Source: Candidatus Poseidoniaceae archaeon
GTDB taxonomy: Archaea > Thermoplasmatota > Poseidoniia > Poseidoniales > Poseidoniaceae
DNA length: 64,000 bases
Direction of reading: 5' to 3'
NCBI GenBank assembly: GCA_949373095.1
Contig: CASIBY010000007.1
Coordinates: 20,087 to 84,086, forward strand
The position numbers and the translations under genes were made by a program. Shown here in pieces: positions 58,407 to 64,000 of the stretch. Every line of letters begins with the position of its first letter. Within the stretch, counting starts at the first letter, position 1. A model generated the notes under the pieces. The model searched no databases. It saw only the letters and a program-made list of their open reading frames with translations, and had not been told where the DNA came from.

Positions 58407-59857
58407 GCCTCTTCGCTATGGTCTGATGATGAGGCCCATACATATGAGGGCGTGGAATCAATCAAACTCCTTCCTTCTTTCTTCAACCGATACAACCGAT
58501 ATACAACGAATCCGGTCATCCAAAGAGATGGAAGGCTGAGAAGGAGGGCTTGCCCAAGCTTATCGTCGCCATAATCATTGATTACGCGCACCTCCATGAT
58601 CGCATCATCACCTTCATCATGGGCATAATGAAGTCCAACATAATGGAATATTTTTGGAGAGGTGATGTTGAGTGAAAGCGTGGTTTGAGGTCCAACGGTA
58701 TGGTGATCTCCCAATTCAGAAAGGTAGGCCCAATCAATGGAACCTGATTCCATCGCAGGAGCACTTTCTTCGACCATAATAACCACCACCTCAAGGTCAC
58801 CAACTTGGTTAAGATTGGTGATATTGGTCAAGACATAATCTCCAGCAGAAAACTTCTGAATGATTTCCAAGGTGCTGTCATCCGGTCCAAGTTGATAAGA
58901 GACTCTCTCATCCAAGCCCTCTTCTTGAACACTAACTGCCATGAGGATCATGGTTAGAAGAATCAGTGCAATAATACCCTCAACCAAAATATGCCGGCGA
59001 ACCTTGTCTTGAGTCACACCCTTGAACATTGGCCCGTAATCGTTGCGCATACGAGGTTGCAGGTGATGAATGAACAATGCTCCAATTCCACCGATAAGAA
59101 TTCCAAGTGGGATGTCAATGACCCAGTGTATTCCGAGGTACAAGATAGTAAATCCAAACAGGAGTGTGTTGATCAAAACAAAACGATGATACCTCCAGTG
59201 GCGCCAATCTCGGAGTCGCTCTCCACGCTCACGGACATGAAGATAGTTGAGCATCAAGATACCAAAGGGAATGGCCACATGGAGGCTTGGCACAGCATTA
59301 TCAAGCGGGTCATGAAGGGCGTAAAAGGCCGTATACCATCCATCATGGTAAAGAAGAGCTTCCATTCCTGGTATCCAGGAGGATGTCACTTCAACGTTGA
59401 AGAACAGGTAATAGGGAACCGCCAAGGCATAAATGAAGAGATAGTTCAACGTGACCTTATCTGTCATTTCACGGTCGCCTGAAAAGGCAAAGTAAACCGT
59501 TGTGACATAGATTAGGAAGAGGTATACAAAGAGATAATGAAAATTAAGGAAATCGGTTAGTACATCATTTTTGAACGATTCTTGGATCCACTTTGTAAAT
59601 TCACCTTCAAGTCCGTAAACCCAATCAGTCCAATGGCCAGTTCTAATTTTCATCGGCTCGTTCAACTTATCAGTAATCGATTTCCAACGGATGATAACAA
59701 TGTATCCCATAGCGTGGAGATAGTATCGTTTCTCGTGAATTTCACGTGCCCATTCTCTCCAAGGAACTCTGAATTCCTTCTGTGAGCGAGTGAAGTACCA
59801 ACAGATGACAGGAGTCAGAACGAAAATCATGCCCATCATGATATCGTATGGCTCCAT
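58403..59857 (-). CDS. PAP2-superfamily membrane protein with a large C-terminal extracytoplasmic domain
   Basis: Polytopic N-terminal region with VPSLHVAIP and GIHWVIDIPLG (HxxxD) PAP2 motifs. A ~170-aa soluble domain and a C-terminal TM helix. Confidence 0.5.
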   Translation of the reverse strand: MEPYDIMMGMIFVLTPVICWYFTRSQKEFRVPWREWAREIHEKRYYLHAMGYIVIIRWKSITDKLNEPMKIRTGHWTDWVYGLEGEFTKWIQESFKNDVLTDFLNFHYLFVYLFLIYVTTVYFAFSGDREMTDKVTLNYLFIYALAVPYYLFFNVEVTSSWIPGMEALLYHDGWYTAFYALHDPLDNAVPSLHVAIPFGILMLNYLHVRERGERLRDWRHWRYHRFVLINTLLFGFTILYLGIHWVIDIPLGILIGGIGALFIHHLQPRMRNDYGPMFKGVTQDKVRRHILVEGIIALILLTMILMAVSVQEEGLDERVSYQLGPDDSTLEIIQKFSAGDYVLTNITNLNQVGDLEVVVIMVEESAPAMESGSIDWAYLSELGDHHTVGPQTTLSLNITSPKIFHYVGLHYAHDEGDDAIMEVRVINDYGDDKLGQALLLSLPSLWMTGFVVYRLYRLKKEGRSLIDSTPSYVWASSSDHSEEA

Positions 59858-59976
59858 ACCACAGGGGAAATGATACCCGCTTTAGGAGTTCCCGCCCATC
59901 ATCTATCTCAAACCTTGATTGAGAAATCCTACGAGGAAGGGCAAACATTGTTGAGAGGCTCCCATCTGGTGTAAAC

Positions 59977-61140
59977 ATGGAGGCGGACAAGCCGTGGCAA
60001 CAAGCCCCAGAAAACACCCTGATGAGTCTTCAGCACGGCATGAAAACCTTCGATGGAATCGAGTTTGACATTCGAATCAGTGCTGACCATCAACTGGTAA
60101 TTCATCATGACCGGGATGTATCCCTTCCAAAGGAACGCCTTCAAGGGCGCCCGACTTGGGCAGAAGAATGGACATTGGATGAGTTGACTGAAGTTGGTTT
60201 CTTAGGATTTGAAGACCTCTTGAACGACTCTACAATCCGCAATCATTGGGCTGAGAAAGGTAAAATGGGCTGTATTGAAATTAAGCGACCTCACCCAAGA
60301 GCCCCTTCAGGAGGTGGTTATTTCGGGCGTCGTCACCACGTCCAACATATTGCTGATGCGATGAAAATGGCGGAAGACCTTCTCGACCAGCATGGAATTC
60401 CTCGTCAGAACACGGTATTCTATTCATTTCACAAACATATGCCTCAATCGGCTAAAAAATCAGGGACAAAGCGACCTTGGGCTGCATTGATTCCTTACAT
60501 CCCGCCATATGGGAACCGAACTTTTCAGCGAATCAAAGCCTTCCCTAAATACTTGACAACACCGTTTGGTAAACTGGTGAAGACTCATCTCCACCAGGGC
60601 AGTTCCATGCTCCCATGTGCAATAGAATACTTTGACGGCCCAACTCGCTCTCTACCTATCGGCAGGCATGTGTCACTCAAAGGAAAGGGCCTCAACCGTT
60701 TAACTCAAGTTCGAAATGGGATGCCAACATACGTTTGGCCAACTCGTCCACTACTCGAGCATGACCTCCTTCGGGCCGGACTTACCGCACTTACCGACAA
60801 AGCTGACCCCGACCTTCTTTGGCTCCCATCTGGTCATTTACGATGGAAGCAACCTGGCACTCGTCCACTAGATGAATCACAATGGTCCATCTTGAAGCAA
60901 GCAACATACGAAAACCACCGTGAAATTCATACAGAATTATTAGAAACAACTCCTACATGGGAACAATGCGATTCAACACGACGTCGTTTGCTCATCAGTG
61001 AATGGAAGAACAAGTGGAGTTGGAAGGAATCCAATGATGAAGTGATGATGAAATCCGAAGGAGCAACACCCCCATGGGCGGCTCCAAGAATTATTGGTCA
61101 TCGCGGATCTGGAAAAACTTCCAGACCAGTCCTGAACTGA
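59977..61140 (+). CDS. glycerophosphodiester phosphodiesterase (GDPD)-family protein with atypical motif order
   Basis: ENTLMSLQHG…GIEFDIRISADHQLVIHHD (the GDPD beta2-beta3 motifs) are at the N-terminus. The canonical beta1 motif IIGHRGSG is the last ~20 residues before the stop. Confidence 0.5.
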   Translation: MEADKPWQQAPENTLMSLQHGMKTFDGIEFDIRISADHQLVIHHDRDVSLPKERLQGRPTWAEEWTLDELTEVGFLGFEDLLNDSTIRNHWAEKGKMGCIEIKRPHPRAPSGGGYFGRRHHVQHIADAMKMAEDLLDQHGIPRQNTVFYSFHKHMPQSAKKSGTKRPWAALIPYIPPYGNRTFQRIKAFPKYLTTPFGKLVKTHLHQGSSMLPCAIEYFDGPTRSLPIGRHVSLKGKGLNRLTQVRNGMPTYVWPTRPLLEHDLLRAGLTALTDKADPDLLWLPSGHLRWKQPGTRPLDESQWSILKQATYENHREIHTELLETTPTWEQCDSTRRRLLISEWKNKWSWKESNDEVMMKSEGATPPWAAPRIIGHRGSGKTSRPVLN

Positions 61141-61142
61141 CG

Positions 61143-62309
61143 TCACTCAATGTGACGCAAGGATTGTTGCTCAGCAATGTATTTTGGTCGGTAAATGGGA
61201 GTGCCCTTGCCTCCGCGCATCACGGTTCGCTCGTCAATGATTTGTGCTCCGATTCCAGCAACTCGTGCCCAGCCAAAGAAGGTGGTGTAGTAGGTTGGGT
61301 CCTTGAATCCAACATAGTGGAGAAGGGCTCCACTAGCGATGTCAACGTTCGCATTTGGATTGGAAATCTTAGGGTTTTCAGAGAGAACTCTTGGAGCAAC
61401 TTCGCGGAGTGTACGAATGATTTTGAAATTCTCATCATCTGGGCACATCACTTCTCCCAGTGCAAATTGAACGGTAGCTCTCGGGTCCTCCGCCCGTAGT
61501 ACAGCATGGCCAAATCCAAACACTGGGCGCTTGGCTTCAAGTTCGTCGCGTACAAAGGCTTCAACCTCTTCAGGGTCACTGGTACCAATGCTGAGAACGA
61601 ATTCTAAGCAAGATTGGTTTGCCCGGCCGTGAAGTGGGCCAGAGAGTGCGTTCATTGCTCCTGAAATTGACGAAAATACAGTGGCATGACCTGATGCAAT
61701 GGCTTTTCCAGCGAATGTCGAGAGATTGCCGCCACCGTGGTCCATGTGCAGTACAAGGTAGGTCGAAAGAATACGCTCCATTTGGTCTTGGTCAATACCA
61801 TCTAAATCCAATGTACGAGCAAAACGCTTGACCATTGATGCAGAGAGGTCATCTTCAGGAATATCCGCTCCACGGCCCTCTCGTATTCGGAATAAGAGCC
61901 CCATTAAACGAGGCATACGGGCGATGAGATTGAGGGCATCTTCTTTCCAATCTCCAGTGGTATCAAGCATTCCAAGGGTTTGGATACCCACACTTAACCA
62001 ATCCATAGGGTGGCCGTCTTTTGGGAGCGTATGGAATACTGCAGCGACACTGTCTGGAACATGACCACGACCAGCGAGATTTTCTTTAAACGCAGCAGAT
62101 TGGGCAGGTGTTGGAAGCTCTTTGTTAAACAAAAGGTAGACGACGTCCTCCGGAGAAAAACCAGCGAGTTCGCTAATTGGATATCCACAGTAGTGCACAC
62201 CTTCAGCGGGTGTTACAAACGATGTGCGGCAAGTACCAACAGGGATTCCACGAAGACCTGTGTTCAAGTGTTCTTCAGTCACATTGAACAGGCCATTTTC
62301 GTTTGACAT
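61143..62309 (-). CDS. gltA: citrate synthase
   Basis: …LVLHMDHGGGNLSTF… and …GFGHAVLRAEDPR… are citrate synthase signatures. Confidence 0.85.
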   Translation of the reverse strand: MSNENGLFNVTEEHLNTGLRGIPVGTCRTSFVTPAEGVHYCGYPISELAGFSPEDVVYLLFNKELPTPAQSAAFKENLAGRGHVPDSVAAVFHTLPKDGHPMDWLSVGIQTLGMLDTTGDWKEDALNLIARMPRLMGLLFRIREGRGADIPEDDLSASMVKRFARTLDLDGIDQDQMERILSTYLVLHMDHGGGNLSTFAGKAIASGHATVFSSISGAMNALSGPLHGRANQSCLEFVLSIGTSDPEEVEAFVRDELEAKRPVFGFGHAVLRAEDPRATVQFALGEVMCPDDENFKIIRTLREVAPRVLSENPKISNPNANVDIASGALLHYVGFKDPTYYTTFFGWARVAGIGAQIIDERTVMRGGKGTPIYRPKYIAEQQSLRHIE

Positions 62310-62408
62310 TCTCTTCCCTCAAAGACACCGACAAGAGACCCTCGTATAAATGCGGCTCTTCTCTTGGACCATTAGGAAAAAACGGTGTACTAGCAACACC
62401 GCCGCAGC

Positions 62409-62885
62409 CTACCGTTTATTTTGTCTGGCTTCGGGCGGCCATTCTCTGAATCCTTTTGTCGATTCACGGTCTGAAAAGATGTGAAGACGTATCGTGTTTC
62501 CTTCAACAAGGAGGGCATCCTGAGCGTCAATCCCTGGGCACTGTTCCTTGACTTGATTCCATGACCGGTCGCTGACGAGATTTTCACCCCACCACGGGAA
62601 AGCTTTGCATTGCTGAGGACGAACTTGATAGATGGAGCACTGCTGATGTTCATTGAGGTTAATGCATATTCCGTCTTCATCTCTGCTTTTGAGGACAAAA
62701 CGACCGTCGTATGTTTTGCGAGCATCCCGCTCCAACCAATCTTCCACAGATAACCCAGAGTGCTGAGAGATACGCTCGGCATCGGCAATGGAGAGGTACA
62801 CGATTCCACCGGGTTGGTCACAGCATTTTCCGCAACCACTTTGACAAGAAAAGTTGACACCACTCATCCACCATGGAGGTCTCAT
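62409..62885 (-). CDS. YkgJ/UPF0153-family putative Fe-S/zinc-chelating protein
   Basis: The CQSGCGKCC cluster near the N-terminus, plus a second Cys group (CINL…CSIY…C). Confidence 0.55.
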   Translation of the reverse strand: MRPPWWMSGVNFSCQSGCGKCCDQPGGIVYLSIADAERISQHSGLSVEDWLERDARKTYDGRFVLKSRDEDGICINLNEHQQCSIYQVRPQQCKAFPWWGENLVSDRSWNQVKEQCPGIDAQDALLVEGNTIRLHIFSDRESTKGFREWPPEARQNKR

Positions 62886-64000
62886 TCTTCTTCACCCATG
62901 AGAATATTCTTTGGATAGATTCTGCCGAGATGAACGAGCGTGTAATCCGGCACAGTACTGTCTTCAAGGAGGTCTTCAGCAGAAATCCCAATCCCATCGA
63001 TATTCCATTCGCCATCTGGCTCATAATCATCCAATTCATCTACGGTTTGGACCTGAGTAGATGAGGATTTTCGCCCGACTACTCTGCGGTTCTTAGCCGG
63101 CATATCGGGTTCGATGGGAGGCAGAGGTTCTCGGTCCGGATCCAGTTCAACTAACCGTTCCTCAAGTGTTCGTAATTCATCGGCGATATCGATCAAGGCA
63201 TCAATATCAGCATCGACTGCTCGTTGTGCTAACTCTACCATTTGTTCTTCGAGACGATTGAGTTCAAAAGAAGAATCCAACGTATCCTTGGTAGAGCGGT
63301 TCATTCGTGTATCAATTGCGACATCTAAGTCAACCAATATATCGGCAGCTCGTTCCGCATCACCATATTCAATTCGTTCGTTCCGTGCGATGAGATGCCG
63401 GTCTCGCTCATTGACATCGAGAACCGATGGCCGTGATGGTGTAATAGATTCCATGATTTCGCTGACTCTTTGGTCAACGACACGATCTCCATTCAAGATG
63501 AACTCCTTGCCATCCCATTCGGGAGGTTGGTAATCATCTTCCTCCCATGGCTGTATCTCTGAGTGGAGTTCAATACCGCCCGGTTCTACGTTAGAATAGA
63601 CTTGATCGATGGCTTCACTCACTAATGTTGCGGCTAAATCGTCAACACGTTGAGTTTCCAGTGTTTGACTTTGAGATTTAATCGAGCGATGTGTTCCATT
63701 AACGATATCATTGATGTCATCGTGTTTGAGCAAAACTTCACCAGCATCTAAGGCGATAGAAACCTGTTCCAGTCTCCCTTCCATCGCCCGCCATCCAGAG
63801 GGTTCAAGACGAGCCAATCTTGCAAGATGGACGTCGTTTAACAGGAGATTTCGCTGAGCACAACGCCACGAACCGTAGGCCATTAACGAGGCAACGGAAG
63901 GAACGGTGAGAAGAACTGCGGATGCGTTACGAAGGACTTCTTTCAAGCGTGACGGAGGGAAATCATCGGGATGAGTTCGCCCTCCAGCAACGATTTGGAC
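62882..64000 (-). CDS. hypothetical membrane-anchored acidic coiled-coil protein (N-terminus may lie beyond the window)
   Basis: The ORF-track start (TTG at 63946) has no in-frame stop between it and the window edge. One TM helix, then a long Asp/Glu-rich helical region. Confidence 0.35.
   Translation of the reverse strand, partial: VQIVAGGRTHPDDFPPSRLKEVLRNASAVLLTVPSVASLMAYGSWRCAQRNLLLNDVHLARLARLEPSGWRAMEGRLEQVSIALDAGEVLLKHDDINDIVNGTHRSIKSQSQTLETQRVDDLAATLVSEAIDQVYSNVEPGGIELHSEIQPWEEDDYQPPEWDGKEFILNGDRVVDQRVSEIMESITPSRPSVLDVNERDRHLIARNERIEYGDAERAADILVDLDVAIDTRMNRSTKDTLDSSFELNRLEEQMVELAQRAVDADIDALIDIADELRTLEERLVELDPDREPLPPIEPDMPAKNRRVVGRKSSSTQVQTVDELDDYEPDGEWNIDGIGISAEDLLEDSTVPDYTLVHLGRIYPKNILMGEEE

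Noticed and set aside
59881-59976. Upstream extension of the GDPD-like gene that would supply an N-terminal HRG motif
   Set aside because: There is an in-frame TGA 23 codons upstream of the ATG at 59977, and no HRG-like sequence in any frame there. The N-terminus really does begin just before PENTL.

Overview
This 64-kb window looks like a chromosomal segment of an archaeon. Supporting gene content: an archaeal/eukaryotic-type PheS alpha subunit, archaeosine tRNA-guanine transglycosylase with a PUA tail, a DRG-type GTPase, a CTP-dependent riboflavin kinase, an archaeal NMN adenylyltransferase (RFQPFHxGH motif), a stand-alone GMP synthase ATP-PPase subunit, and a split glycine dehydrogenase (GcvPA/GcvPB). 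GC content is roughly 50% by eye. Proteins are not strongly acidic, and several secreted or membrane proteins carry thrombospondin type-3 Ca-binding repeats. On that basis a marine euryarchaeote of the Thermoplasmatota/MGII type is a tentative guess. Coding density is high, with genes on both strands and many 4-bp start/stop overlaps.

Recognisable modules:
- nucleotide metabolism: thymidine phosphorylase-like, guaA-B, purE
- glycine cleavage: gcvT, gcvPA, gcvPB, with a glycosyltransferase gene inserted antisense between gcvT and gcvPA
- a ThiN-domain (ThiR-like) regulator followed by a ThiB/P/Q-like ABC importer
- a complete suf Fe-S assembly operon (sufC-B-D-S-E-T) facing a divergent Nfu-like gene
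- a duplicated ABC-2 exporter cluster (ATPase-permease-ATPase-permease)
- PheS, TruA, FolD, TatC, citrate synthase, PdxT, GrpE, and class V and class I aminotransferases
- three tRNA genes (Asn-GTT, Val-CAC, Thr-TGT), each with an encoded CCA

Features not explained by ordinary gene annotation:
1. Two tandem 94-bp repeat units, each reproducing the last 26-29 nt (T-arm to CCA) of the adjacent tRNA-Val gene and carrying internal hairpins; this resembles an att site or integration scar.
2. Homopolymer-associated frameshifts in sufS, in sufT, and repeatedly in an MBL-fold hydrolase gene, all within one stretch of about 2.6 kb.
3. A CARF-like (Csa3-like) Rossmann-fold protein with no cas genes nearby.
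4. A GDPD-family protein whose canonical N-terminal HRG motif sits at the extreme C-terminus, suggesting a possible circular permutation.
5. A 39-aa Cys-rich ORF between the suf operon and the nfu-like gene.
6. An operon of an unknown protein, an SPFH/flotillin-like Zn-ribbon protein and a PAP2 protein.
7. An extracellular cyclophilin fused to TSP3 repeats with a C-terminal membrane anchor.
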